Below, piece after piece: positions 1-11,821 of a DNA stretch of 64,000 nucleotides; within the stretch, counting starts at the first letter, position 1, and each line of letters begins with the position of its first letter. The notes under the pieces were generated by a model. That model searched no databases. It had not been told where the DNA came from and was given only the letters and a program-made list of their open reading frames with translations. The translations under genes and the position numbers were made by a program. Origin of the DNA: Planctomycetota bacterium (GTDB lineage Bacteria; Planctomycetota; Phycisphaerae; WQYP01); NCBI GenBank assembly GCA_021805985.1, contig JAJZDN010000011.1, positions 19,151-83,150 of the forward strand, read 5' to 3'.

Positions 1-96
1 TAACGCAAACGGCGTGGCCAGACGCGTATCGGTATCGGCGATGGCTAAGCCGGTGCGTTTATCCCCGAAGTCGATTGCCATAATTCGTTGTGACAT
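1..96 (-). CDS. ruvX: Holliday junction resolvase-like protein RuvX/YqgF, 5' part (runs off window)
   Basis: Manual translation of the minus strand from ATG at 96 gives MSQRIMAIDFGDKRTGLAIADTDTRLATPFAL, matching the YqgF N-terminal motif (xxDxGxKRxGxA). Not in the ORF track. Confidence 0.85.
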   Translation of the reverse strand, partial: MSQRIMAIDFGDKRTGLAIADTDTRLATPFAL

Positions 97-109
97 AGTT
101 GTACCTGTT

Positions 110-220
110 GGAACCGAGAATTTGGAACCTGGAACCTGGAACCTGGAACCTCGCATCTGGCAAAATAGCCGCGCAGCGCTTCAAAACCTTCTAACTTCTA
201 ACTCCTAACTCCTAACTCCT
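110..220. repeat. Heptamer-tailed dispersed repeat element, copy E1
   Basis: (GGAACCT)x4 at 124-151, core CAAAATAGCCGCGCAGCGCTTC at 161-182, then (TTCTAAC/TCCTAAC)n to 220. Confidence 0.85.
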
Positions 221-1290
221 CACGTATACTTCTCCGGGTATTGTTGCTGGATCTGGGCTACCAGTTGTTTAATCTGCTCGGTTTTACTGGCCGGGCAGAT
301 CAATGTGGCGGCGGGGGTGTGGACGATTACCATGTCCTTCAGGCCGATGGTTGCAATGAGATGGTCGTTTTCGGATATCGCCAGTACTTCAGACGAATCC
401 AGGGACGCCAGTTGGCAGCCGATGGCGCGGTTGGCGGCGGCATCGGGGGAGACTGTGGCGGCTACGGAATTCCAGTTGCCTACATCCAGCCAATTCACTG
501 GCATGGGGACCATCGCAACATGTGTAGATTTCTCCATAACAGCATAGTCAATGCTGATCTTTGGCAGCGTGGGATATATTTCAGCCAGCACACGCTTAAA
601 ATCGCCGGTGCCCCAGGCGGCGGCGATTTTCATCACGCCTTCATACGATTGCGGTAAATGCGTTTGCAGTTGCTTTAATATGGTTTGCGTTTTCCAGACA
701 AACATGCCGCTGTTCCAGAAATACTTGCCGGATTGCACATATTGCCGGGCCACAGCTTCCACGGGCTTTTCCTTAAAGGCGGTGACTTTATACGCCCCGG
801 AACCCAGTTCGGTGCCGCGCTCCACATAGCCATAACCTGTTGCGGGATGCGTGGGTTTAATGCCAAAGGTTACCAGATATTCCGGGTATTGATCGACCAT
901 GTCAAAGGCGGTGCGCAGAGCGTTCTGAAAAACGTCCAACGGTTCAATAATATGATCCGCGGTGAGAATGGCCATGGCCGAGTCGGGCTGCACTTGGGCC
1001 AGCACGGCGGCTGAAAGGGCGACGGCATTGGCGGTATCGCGGCCCATGGGTTCACCGATGACTTGGCTTTCCGGCAACATCGCCAAATCCGCCAGCACTT
1101 GGTCGGAATAGTTTGCCGACGTACACACATACACGCCGGCGGGTTCAATGAGGCCCCGCAGTCGGCCTACCGCGATGGACAAAAGCGATTGGCCACCAAT
1201 AAAACGCAATAGCTGCTTGGGCCGCAAACGTGTGGACATCGGCCAAAGCCGCGTCCCAGAACCACCAGCCATAATCACCGCAAAACGCAT
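220..1290 (-). CDS. manC: Mannose-1-phosphate guanylyltransferase
   Basis: VIMAGGSGTRLWPMS, EPMGRDTA, TGYGY, FKEKP, WNSGMF, SIDYAVME, WLDVGNW motifs. Start moved to MRFAV (ATG 1290, AAGGA upstream). Confidence 0.92.
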   Translation of the reverse strand: MRFAVIMAGGSGTRLWPMSTRLRPKQLLRFIGGQSLLSIAVGRLRGLIEPAGVYVCTSANYSDQVLADLAMLPESQVIGEPMGRDTANAVALSAAVLAQVQPDSAMAILTADHIIEPLDVFQNALRTAFDMVDQYPEYLVTFGIKPTHPATGYGYVERGTELGSGAYKVTAFKEKPVEAVARQYVQSGKYFWNSGMFVWKTQTILKQLQTHLPQSYEGVMKIAAAWGTGDFKRVLAEIYPTLPKISIDYAVMEKSTHVAMVPMPVNWLDVGNWNSVAATVSPDAAANRAIGCQLASLDSSEVLAISENDHLIATIGLKDMVIVHTPAATLICPASKTEQIKQLVAQIQQQYPEKYT

Positions 1291-1433
1291 TCGAAAATCC
1301 TTTCGTCGTAGTAACATTGCCGTACCGCAGGCATCTTGCCCGCATGGTGGACGCGAGGGGGGCAGGCGGCACGCCTGCGTTTCAGTTAACTCCTGCAACC
1401 TAATAAAAGGTGTCAGACACCTTTTATCGGTAT

Positions 1434-1465
1434 TTCTAACTCCTAACTTCTAGCTCCTAACTCCT
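1434..1465. repeat. Heptamer tandem (TTCTAAC/TCCTAAC)n, copy E2
   Basis: TTCTAAC TCCTAAC TTCTAGC TCCTAAC TCCT, same unit as the tails at 190-220 and 7717-7761. Confidence 0.8.
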
Positions 1466-1565
1466 CCCCGCCACTCCTCGTTATAATCGATTTTCGGAAA
1501 GGTATAAATGGTGCCGGGTCATTAGCGCCCGGGCAGGCGATCCAGCGTATGAACGGGGACTAACG

Positions 1566-3185
1566 ATGATTCAATATTTTCGACTTCTTGGGGGTGTAAT
1601 TGTCGCTGCGGTATTGGTGGCGGGGGGTCTGGTCAACGCAGCCAACGCAACCAAACCGTTGGCACCCCCAGCGGATAACTCCATTGTATTAGCCACCCCC
1701 AGGATCGACGCACAGAAACATGAATTTACGATCCCAGCGGCTTTTTGGAATGAGCATCTCACAGATTGGTTGGATGTGGCATTATGCGGACGGCCCAGTA
1801 ATTTTCTTCATGAAACCGTGCTAAGTGTCCAAACCACGCGGCACATCCTTAAAACCGCATTTCTCCGCATTGGCTATCATTCGGCCACCAAGTGGTCACC
1901 GGACCTTAGCGATTTTGGTTTCATTCGCGGGCAGCCGGTGCTGATATTGGTGAAGTTCCGAAGCCCAGGCACTGGCAAGGAGCAGACCTTTCTTCTGGAT
2001 GAATTAATTGAATTCCGCGCCTGGCACATTTCCGTAGGGCCTTTCGGTTGGCTGTATCTGGGGACGCATAACCCGTACGGATCTGCGGTGCCGCAACCGC
2101 AGCCGCGGGCGGGGCAGCACGTTGATCCGGCGGTTATTCTGGCGGACGACCCGCAGGCGGCGATGCAGTTTCGCGGCATTCAACATGCCTCGCAAGCCCT
2201 GCTGGATTTTCCGCTTTGTTTTGATAACTGGATATTTCCTAATATCCGTTATCACCGTAATGTCGCGGTGCTTTCCATGAAGGTTTTCAACAGCAATGGG
2301 AAAGTGCCGGTGCAGTTGGTTGTTCGCCGGGTTTCGGAGGTGCAATATCTGCAGGCCGCGGAAAAATATTGGCACGATCCGGCGTTTGCAGCCTATATTC
2401 AGCAGCAGTTGCCGGTGGCAAAATATGTGGATGCGGCACGGCGAAAGTTGTGGCATGGGATTCACACAAAACATCTTTCATGGACGAATTGGCGGGTAGA
2501 ACGCTGTGTAGCGCAGTTGCAGTACGGATACGCGCAGCTTCAGGCGGCATGGGTGGCGTGGGATGTGGCCCATGCGCGATTCCGCGCCGCCAATAGTTTG
2601 TCAAAGGTGCAGGTGGCGGCGCAGGCAAAATTGTTTTTATCGCATCTGCAGCAGCTTGCGCAAAGCGATCATCAGCAATGGCTGGCGACGCAGGCATTTG
2701 ACCAATTGCGCCAACTTAAAAAATCGCACACGAAAGCGAATGCTGGGGCGATTCGGCGTTTGCAAGCGGCGGAATTGGCCGGCCGATCACAGGCGCTGCT
2801 GTATTCAAATAAGCAGGATTTGGAATTCTGGCAGCACAAAAAGCAGAACCTCAAACCCAATGATCCGCGAAAAATCTGGATACGCGATGTCAAGAGTCAA
2901 TGTGCCTTGGCCCAGGCTCAAAAAGCAATGGGGGAGGCAGGCTTGGCGTATGCGGCAGCGATGAAGGCCGGCGGGGCAGAGAAGGCACAGCACCAGTATC
3001 TTGCGGCGATTTTGCAGGTGTCTTTGGCCAAGGAAAAAGTGGCGTTGGTCAATGTGGATTTCCACGTTACCAATGATCAGGGCTTTGCCAGCGCCCGGCA
3101 TATGGCCGCGTTAAAAGCGCAAAAAGCGGCAATTGTCAAGCAAATTAAGCAGATTATCGCGCAGCTAAATAAGCTCAAGCGTTAG
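1566..3185 (+). CDS. Secreted hypothetical protein with YdjY-like N-terminal domain and helical C-terminal half
   Basis: 539-aa ORF with a signal peptide. LCGRPSNFLHETVL...AFLRIG...RGQPVLILV resembles YdjY-type domains. C-terminal half is Ala/Gln/Lys-rich. Confidence 0.6.
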   Translation: MIQYFRLLGGVIVAAVLVAGGLVNAANATKPLAPPADNSIVLATPRIDAQKHEFTIPAAFWNEHLTDWLDVALCGRPSNFLHETVLSVQTTRHILKTAFLRIGYHSATKWSPDLSDFGFIRGQPVLILVKFRSPGTGKEQTFLLDELIEFRAWHISVGPFGWLYLGTHNPYGSAVPQPQPRAGQHVDPAVILADDPQAAMQFRGIQHASQALLDFPLCFDNWIFPNIRYHRNVAVLSMKVFNSNGKVPVQLVVRRVSEVQYLQAAEKYWHDPAFAAYIQQQLPVAKYVDAARRKLWHGIHTKHLSWTNWRVERCVAQLQYGYAQLQAAWVAWDVAHARFRAANSLSKVQVAAQAKLFLSHLQQLAQSDHQQWLATQAFDQLRQLKKSHTKANAGAIRRLQAAELAGRSQALLYSNKQDLEFWQHKKQNLKPNDPRKIWIRDVKSQCALAQAQKAMGEAGLAYAAAMKAGGAEKAQHQYLAAILQVSLAKEKVALVNVDFHVTNDQGFASARHMAALKAQKAAIVKQIKQIIAQLNKLKR

Positions 3186-3202
3186 CGTCGCCCGTCAAGG
3201 CG

Positions 3203-3285
3203 TTGAAATTTGAAATTTGAAATTTCGCATTCACCCGCGCCAGCGCTTCCGTGTCCCTGTCCCCCGTAACCCGTCCCCCGTAACC
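3203..3285. repeat. Heptamer-tailed element, copy E5
   Basis: (TTGAAAT)x3 at 3203-3223, core GCGCCAGCGCTTCC at 3237-3250, then two GTCCCCCGTAACC copies. Lies between convergent genes. Confidence 0.7.
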
Positions 3286-4610
3286 TACACCCGTATATGC
3301 CCATTGCCCGTGACAATAAATTTATACGTGCATAAATCTGCGGCGCCCATGGGGCCGCGGGCATGGAGTTTATCCGTGCTGATGCCGATTTCTGCGCCTA
3401 AACCATATTCAAATCCATCCGCCCAGCGGGTGGATGCATTGACCATGACACTGGCGGAGTCCACGTTCTGGATGAATTTATTGGCCGCGGCAATATCGCC
3501 GGTAACAATGGCATCGGTGTGTTGTGAACCGTATTGCGTGATATGGGCAATGGCTTCATCAATGGAATTTACCTGCTTGATGGCCACAATCAAATCCAGA
3601 TATTCGGCTCCCCAGTCTGATTCCACCGCCAGTTTGGCGTTTTGCAAAAGCCCCTGGCTGCGGGCATCGGCACGCATTTCCACTTTGGCTTCGCGAAATT
3701 TGGCAGCCAGACGCGGTAGAATGCGTGCGGAAATATCTTTATGAACAAGAATACATTCCGCGGTGTTGCACACAGCGCAGCCATCGACTTTAGCGCTTAC
3801 TGCGATCGCCACAGCCATGTCAGCATCTGCATATTTATCAATATAGATGTGACAGACGCCTTTATAATGTTTAATAACCGGAATGGTGGCTTGATCCACC
3901 ACCGCACGAATCAGCGATTCGCCGCCACGGGGAATCGCCAGGTCCACCAAGCCTTCCGCGGTCACCAGCACGCCCACGGCCGCTCGGTCGGCTGTGGCGA
4001 TCAACTGTACGGCATCCGGGTTTACCTGCGCGGCCACCAGCGATTCACGGATAATTTTGGCAATCGCCGTATTGCTGTGCAAAGATTCCTTACCGCCGCG
4101 CAGGATGCAGGCATTGCCGCTTTTCAGACACAGGGCCGCCGCATCGCTGGTGACATTGGGCCGGCTTTCATAAATAATGGCAATAACGCCAATGGGAACG
4201 CGGCGTTTTTCAATGCGCAGTCCATTAGGACGGTCATACGCTTCCATGGTTTGGCCGACGGGATCCGTTTGGCCCGCGATTTCACGGACGCTGGCGGCCA
4301 TGGCTTCGAGTTTCTTTTCAGATAAAGTCAGCCGGGAAATCATGGGCAACGCCAGATTGCTGTTTTTGGCCTCTCGCAGGTCGATCACATTGGCCGCCAG
4401 GACTTCGGCTTTGTGGGCAATAAGGCCATCGGCAATGCGGAGCAGAGCTGCGTTGCGAACATTCCCGCTCAACGTGGCGAGTTGGCGTGCCGCCTGCCGC
4501 GCCTGCCGGGCCATGTGCATTACTTCCTGAGTAACATCAGCCGAATCGACCATGGGCTTATTGGCCGACTGATTTTCAGCATTCCGTTCTGTGGCACTTT
4601 CCATCATCAT
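3285..4610 (-). CDS. proA: Gamma-glutamyl phosphate reductase
   Basis: VPIGVIAIIYESRPNVT, CLKSGNACILRGGKE, VDLAIPRGG, CNTAE, VNASTRWADG, EIGISTDKLHARGPMG. Exact start uncertain. Confidence 0.96.
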   Translation of the reverse strand: MMMESATERNAENQSANKPMVDSADVTQEVMHMARQARQAARQLATLSGNVRNAALLRIADGLIAHKAEVLAANVIDLREAKNSNLALPMISRLTLSEKKLEAMAASVREIAGQTDPVGQTMEAYDRPNGLRIEKRRVPIGVIAIIYESRPNVTSDAAALCLKSGNACILRGGKESLHSNTAIAKIIRESLVAAQVNPDAVQLIATADRAAVGVLVTAEGLVDLAIPRGGESLIRAVVDQATIPVIKHYKGVCHIYIDKYADADMAVAIAVSAKVDGCAVCNTAECILVHKDISARILPRLAAKFREAKVEMRADARSQGLLQNAKLAVESDWGAEYLDLIVAIKQVNSIDEAIAHITQYGSQHTDAIVTGDIAAANKFIQNVDSASVMVNASTRWADGFEYGLGAEIGISTDKLHARGPMGAADLCTYKFIVTGNGHIRV

Positions 4611-4623
4611 TCCAATTGAAATA

Positions 4624-5112
4624 TCAGGTTAGCGAGCTGCTGCGATCGGTGTTCGGGGTTACCAGGGGTGCAGAGCCGGAAGTGGGTTGCGAACCATGGA
4701 GCACTTTCACCGCTGAAAATTCATCCAGGTTCAGAACCACCTTTTCGCCATCGTCTTTCTGGATAATCAGTCGATCCAGCCACAGGTGCTCTCCCTTGTT
4801 GCGGGCGAACCAACTGCCGCTTTCCTGCCGCTCCTGCCGAAGCACCGTACCGATCACGCTGATGGGGTATACGTGCGATCTCTGGGCGATCTGCTGTGTG
4901 ACCTCGACCCGCGTGCCGGGGATGTACAGCAGTGTTTTTTGAGAATCATTTAACGCGGCGGATGTTTGCGATTCATTCAAGGGTTCATCTCCTGCTCTTA
5001 GCACCCGCGCTTTGCTAAGCCTGATGCCAGAGAAATTCAAGCCGTGCAACATACCCTCTGGCCGCTGCGCAGGCAAGCGCGGGCAAATCGTGTGTATGGG
5101 CCGGGTTGTCAT
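4624..5112 (-). CDS. Conserved hypothetical protein
   Basis: 162-aa ORF upstream of and co-oriented with proA, with a protein-like core (PGTRVEVTQQI...GSWFARNKGEHLWLDRLIIQKDDGE). Start uncertain. Confidence 0.6.
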   Translation of the reverse strand: MTTRPIHTICPRLPAQRPEGMLHGLNFSGIRLSKARVLRAGDEPLNESQTSAALNDSQKTLLYIPGTRVEVTQQIAQRSHVYPISVIGTVLRQERQESGSWFARNKGEHLWLDRLIIQKDDGEKVVLNLDEFSAVKVLHGSQPTSGSAPLVTPNTDRSSSLT

Positions 5113-5224
5113 TGACGGGGGATAATGGTACTATGGATGGCTTGTCAGGGCATAAAAGATTTGCTTTTATGAACCTTGATGACTTTGCTGGAATTGTTAC
5201 AACAGAGGAAATCAGGTTTAACAC

Positions 5225-6154
5225 ATGACGACCACAACCGCAGCCCCAATCGTAAATACACCCATGCCACGCGACGCCGGCAAGGCCAAATCTCTTTTTG
5301 AGCAGGCTATGAAGTTGGCGCACGCCGGCAACATCGTACAAGCCGCTGAGAAGCTGGAAGAAGCCCATCAGGCTGATCCGGAAAATGAAGATATCGCATT
5401 CAAGCTCGCTTATTATGCCGATCTTCTCGGGGATGATGAATTGTCACTGTCCATCTATGAATCGTTGGCACAGCATCAACCAACCCGTGAAGGGGTGCTG
5501 CTGAATCTTTCCGTGTTGTATGAAGATGCCGGTTATTATGATGAAGCCGAAGAATGCCTGCACCGGCTTCTGTCAGTAAAACCCAATAATCCGCATGGAC
5601 GCATGTATTATGAACATGTGGACAGCTCAATGTATATGGAAGTGCAGGATGATTCTGATAAACGCATTCTGCCACGCAATATGCTTCTGGAATTGCCCAC
5701 TACTGATTTTGAACTTTCCGTACGTGCCCGCAATTGCCTGAAGAAAATGAATATCCGTACGCTGGGCGATTTAGTTCGCACCAGTGAGGCTGAGCTTATC
5801 AGCTATAAAAATTTTGGGGAAACCAGCCTGGATGAAATCCGGGAAATGCTTTCCAAGAAAGGCCTGCGACTGGGTCAGGCGGTGGATGAAGCCCGGCAGC
5901 AGCAGCGGCAGGAACTCATTAAGCAGGTGGCCGCCAAGGTCCCTGAAGCAGTATTGAATAAACTGGTCACGGAAATGGATCTTTCCGTTCGCGCCAGCAA
6001 GGCTTTGCAACGTCTGGGCATCAACACCCTGGGGGACCTGGCCAGCCGCACGGAAGCGGAACTCATGGGTGTGAAAAACTTCGGTCAGACCAGCTTGGAA
6101 GAAGTTAAGCAGAAGCTCACTGAGTTCGCACTGTCTTTACGCCGCGTTGAGTAA
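5225..6154 (+). CDS. TPR-repeat protein with two tandem RNA polymerase alpha C-terminal (alphaCTD) domains
   Basis: N-terminal TPR-like helices, then FELSVRARNCLKKMNIRTLGDLV...ELISYKNFGETSLDEI and MDLSVRASKALQRLGINTLGDLA...ELMGVKNFGQTSLEEV, both matching the alphaCTD signature. No alphaNTD. Confidence 0.88.
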   Translation: MTTTTAAPIVNTPMPRDAGKAKSLFEQAMKLAHAGNIVQAAEKLEEAHQADPENEDIAFKLAYYADLLGDDELSLSIYESLAQHQPTREGVLLNLSVLYEDAGYYDEAEECLHRLLSVKPNNPHGRMYYEHVDSSMYMEVQDDSDKRILPRNMLLELPTTDFELSVRARNCLKKMNIRTLGDLVRTSEAELISYKNFGETSLDEIREMLSKKGLRLGQAVDEARQQQRQELIKQVAAKVPEAVLNKLVTEMDLSVRASKALQRLGINTLGDLASRTEAELMGVKNFGQTSLEEVKQKLTEFALSLRRVE

Positions 6155-6376
6155 AAATTGCTTCGGCTAGTTCGGTCTGATGCGATCGGCTGCAAAGGCA
6201 ATAGTGGCAGAGGTACCATAGGCGTCCCGCCTGCTTTTATCGTGTTTTCGATGCCGGCAAGATGCCTGCTGAACCACGGCATTCCATCGCCTGTTTATCC
6301 CATGGGGTGGCGATCGGATTATGGTGTTGAAAACACCATCAAAGCGTGAACGCATTTTATTGCAAAGGGGTCATGG

Positions 6377-7618
6377 ATGATCCGTATCGCACGTCGCTTA
6401 CCACGTTTTGTTCCGTTAATCGGAGCCACTTTGACTGGCTTGCTGCTGTGCGGTTGCCAGACCACACCATCGACTATTTCCTATAATGCAGTTCCGTCGC
6501 CGCCCAGCGTCAGTTCCTTGACTCGAGAACCGGCGCCGCCCACGGTATCTCCTGTTATGCCACCGGCATTTCCTGCTGTGCCGGCTATTTTGCCAAAACC
6601 CAAAATTCTCGGGCCACTGTATCCGGGCATTATTCATTTAGCTTCGTGGATGCAAGAGCCATGGATTCGCGTGCGCATTACGCAGGAATCCGTCACGCCG
6701 CCTTACATCAATGCTCGCCTTTATCGCGGGACCGTACAAATCGTGCACCTGGCAGATGGGAAATATGCCGCCATCAATAGTTTGCCCATTGAAAGTTATC
6801 TGGCGGGCGTGCTTTCACGCGAATTGTATCGCAGTTGGCTGCCCGCCACTTATCGGGCACAAGCGGTTGCAGCACGAACGTATGCGCTTTATCAGATAGA
6901 GACCTTTGGCCGCACCCACGCCTGGGATGTTACTGGCGGTCAAAATTCTCAGGTGTATGGTGGGAAAAATGCGGAAACCCCACGTGCATGGAACGCCGTG
7001 CGGGCTACCGCCGGCGATATTATGGAAACCCGGGACAACCAGGAAATGGGGTTGTTCTGCGCCTTTTATTCAGCCTGTAATGGCGGCGCTTCACAAAGCG
7101 CAGCCGAAGCGTGGGGCGATGCTTCCGTGCCGGCTTTGGTCAACCGACTGTTTGGCACGCTGGATGCGAACTGCCCAAAATTTACCTGGCCGACAATGAC
7201 GTTGAGCCTGCAGCAAATCACGCAGGCCGTGACTTGGTGGGGCCAGAAAAATGACCTGCCGTATCTCGCGGAGCTTGGGCCTATTGTGTCAGTGCGCATT
7301 ACTCAACGAAACCCCATTACCCGCCGGCCTATGATTATTACGCTTCGAGATGTTGCAGGACATGTTGGGAAAATGCGCGCGGAGGAATTCCGGCTGGCTC
7401 TGGCACTGGATCCGATGCGGACCGTGCCGGCACCACCGAGCAGCTTTTTTATGATTCAACGCGATGGCAATAATATTCAACTCGTCGATGGGCATGGCTT
7501 TGGCCATGGCATTGGATTATCGCAGTGGGGAGCACAGACGCTGGCCCAACGCGGCTGGCCGGCGCGATCCATTTTGCAAACCTATTATCCGCACTCCTGG
7601 ATTCACAAGGAATGGTAA
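6377..7618 (+). CDS. SpoIID/LytB-domain peptidoglycan hydrolase-like protein (lipoprotein-like N-terminus)
   Basis: INSLPIESYLAGVLSRE, AQAVAARTYA, SQVYGG, FYSACNGG, GHGFGHGIGLSQWGA. LLLCGC lipobox-like segment. Confidence 0.9.
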   Translation: MIRIARRLPRFVPLIGATLTGLLLCGCQTTPSTISYNAVPSPPSVSSLTREPAPPTVSPVMPPAFPAVPAILPKPKILGPLYPGIIHLASWMQEPWIRVRITQESVTPPYINARLYRGTVQIVHLADGKYAAINSLPIESYLAGVLSRELYRSWLPATYRAQAVAARTYALYQIETFGRTHAWDVTGGQNSQVYGGKNAETPRAWNAVRATAGDIMETRDNQEMGLFCAFYSACNGGASQSAAEAWGDASVPALVNRLFGTLDANCPKFTWPTMTLSLQQITQAVTWWGQKNDLPYLAELGPIVSVRITQRNPITRRPMIITLRDVAGHVGKMRAEEFRLALALDPMRTVPAPPSSFFMIQRDGNNIQLVDGHGFGHGIGLSQWGAQTLAQRGWPARSILQTYYPHSWIHKEW

Positions 7619-7628
7619 GGATAGGACG

Positions 7629-7761
7629 AGGAGTTTAGGAGTTAGAAGTTAGAAGATTTTATGAAGCAGCATGTTTACCCGCTAGCAAAATAGAAGCGCC
7701 AGCGCTTCCAAAACATTCTAACTTCTAACTTCTAACCTCTAACTTCTAACTCCTAACTCCT
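7629..7761. repeat. Heptamer-tailed element, copy E3 (inverted heptamer arms)
   Basis: Left arm AGGAGTTTAGGAGTTAGAAGTTAGAAG, core CAAAATAGAAGCGCCAGCGCTTCCAAAACATTCTAAC, right arm (TTCTAAC/TCCTAAC)n. Lies between convergent genes. Confidence 0.88.
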
Positions 7762-7780
7762 GCGTTCTCGCCCGCCCAAC

Positions 7781-10357
<2,577 letters not shown>

Positions 10358-10484
10358 TTATGGCGGGATAACGGAGGGCAAAATACGTCAGAATAAGCCC
10401 GATTTTTCCGCTTTCCTCGCCGGGAATCCAAGTCCTTAGTATACCTGAAAATCAGCAGTTTTCCCAGCGGTATTCCAAGTGGAA

Positions 10485-11669
10485 TTAAATTCGTTGGCTT
10501 TCCTGGGCGAGGAAATTTCCCAGTGGAATGGCCTGGGTGTTGTGATTCAACATGAAGCTTTCAGTGCCGGGATATATGACGATTTTTCGCGTGGCTCCAA
10601 TGTCCTGACAAGCCGTGTGAAACCCCCGCGCCGGTGCGGGATTATTAATGGACCGTTTGACCTCAATGGCCCAGATGTCCTTGGGAGCGTGCTCAAGAAC
10701 CAAGTCGATCTCCGCTCCCGCGCTGGAACGATAAAAAGATGCCTGCGCCGATGGCGGTATAGCTGCAAGGATGTTCTCAATGACGAACCCTTCCCAACTC
10801 CAGCCGGAAATGGGATGGCCCAGTAACTCTTCCCCGTTGCGTATGCCCAGCAGGGCATGCACCAAGCCACTGTCACGGACATAAACCTTTGGAGATCGCG
10901 TTAAACGTTTTTTAGTATTGGCCAGATACGGAGGAAGGCGGCGCACCAGCAGAAGATCAACCATGATATCCAAGTATCGCGCTACGGTCTGGCCGCTGAT
11001 TCCGTTGGCTTGTGCGAGTTGTGCCGCATTGAGCAGTTGTCCCTGACTATGGGCAAGCATCTGCCAGAACCGGTGAAGCGTATGGGCGGGAATGCGCGGG
11101 CCAAGGGCGGGGACGTCCCGCTCCAGATAGGTTTGGATGAATTGCGCTCGCCACTGAAAACTCTCTGCATCAGTCGTGGCTAGAAAACTTTCCGGAAACC
11201 CACCCCGCGACCAGAGCATAGCCTCAGCATGCGTCACTGTAGAGGCTACCTCATTGGCCAGAAGGGGAGAAAGTTCAATGGACGCGATTCTGCCCGCCAG
11301 CGTTTCGGCGGACTGCTGCAACAAATCCATGGACGCCGAACCGAGAAGGAGAAAATGGCCTGCCTTCGAGCCGGCACGGCGGCGGCGGTCGATCAGCGCT
11401 CGCAGGGTTTGGAATATCCCAGGCAGGCGATGAATCTCATCAATAATGACTAATTTATCGGTGTGCCGCTGAAGATAAAGTTCCGGCTCCGTCAATTTGG
11501 CTAAATCCGAGGGCAACTCAAGATCAAGATAAATCTCGCTGCGATTTTGCGCCTCGGCGATGGAGTGAGCGAGTGTGGTTTTGCCTACCTGCCGTGGGCC
11601 AAGCAGGGCCACGGCGGGGAATGCCTTCAGAAGCGCCGCGACCCGGGTTTGAGCAATTCTGTGAATCAT
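10485..11669 (-). CDS. AAA_14 ATPase with DUF4143-type C-terminal domain
   Basis: GPRQVGKTT Walker A, IIDEIHR Walker B, LLGSAS, LWSRGGFPES, SPKVYVRDSGL, EIDLVL..IEVK. Start moved to MIHR (11669). Confidence 0.88.
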   Translation of the reverse strand: MIHRIAQTRVAALLKAFPAVALLGPRQVGKTTLAHSIAEAQNRSEIYLDLELPSDLAKLTEPELYLQRHTDKLVIIDEIHRLPGIFQTLRALIDRRRRAGSKAGHFLLLGSASMDLLQQSAETLAGRIASIELSPLLANEVASTVTHAEAMLWSRGGFPESFLATTDAESFQWRAQFIQTYLERDVPALGPRIPAHTLHRFWQMLAHSQGQLLNAAQLAQANGISGQTVARYLDIMVDLLLVRRLPPYLANTKKRLTRSPKVYVRDSGLVHALLGIRNGEELLGHPISGWSWEGFVIENILAAIPPSAQASFYRSSAGAEIDLVLEHAPKDIWAIEVKRSINNPAPARGFHTACQDIGATRKIVIYPGTESFMLNHNTQAIPLGNFLAQESQRI

Positions 11670-11821
11670 AACCTTGCAATTATGCCACGACATGGAAGAT
11701 TTACAAGGTTAAATTTGAAATTATGTCTTAATATTCACTATTAAGAATAAAATGGGCGGTCCAGTACGTGGATTCTGGCGCCATTGGGTGAGTGGCTTTC
11801 TCAGGTAAATATGGTCCCCGG

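Noticed and set aside
14-208. 64-aa ORF and many other short or antisense ORFs in the track
   Set aside because: This one is antisense to ruvX and runs through heptamer repeats. The others are shadows of well-supported genes on the opposite strand or in other frames.
5148-5165. sigma54 box upstream of the TPR-alphaCTD gene
   Set aside because: GG-to-GC spacing is 2 bp too long.
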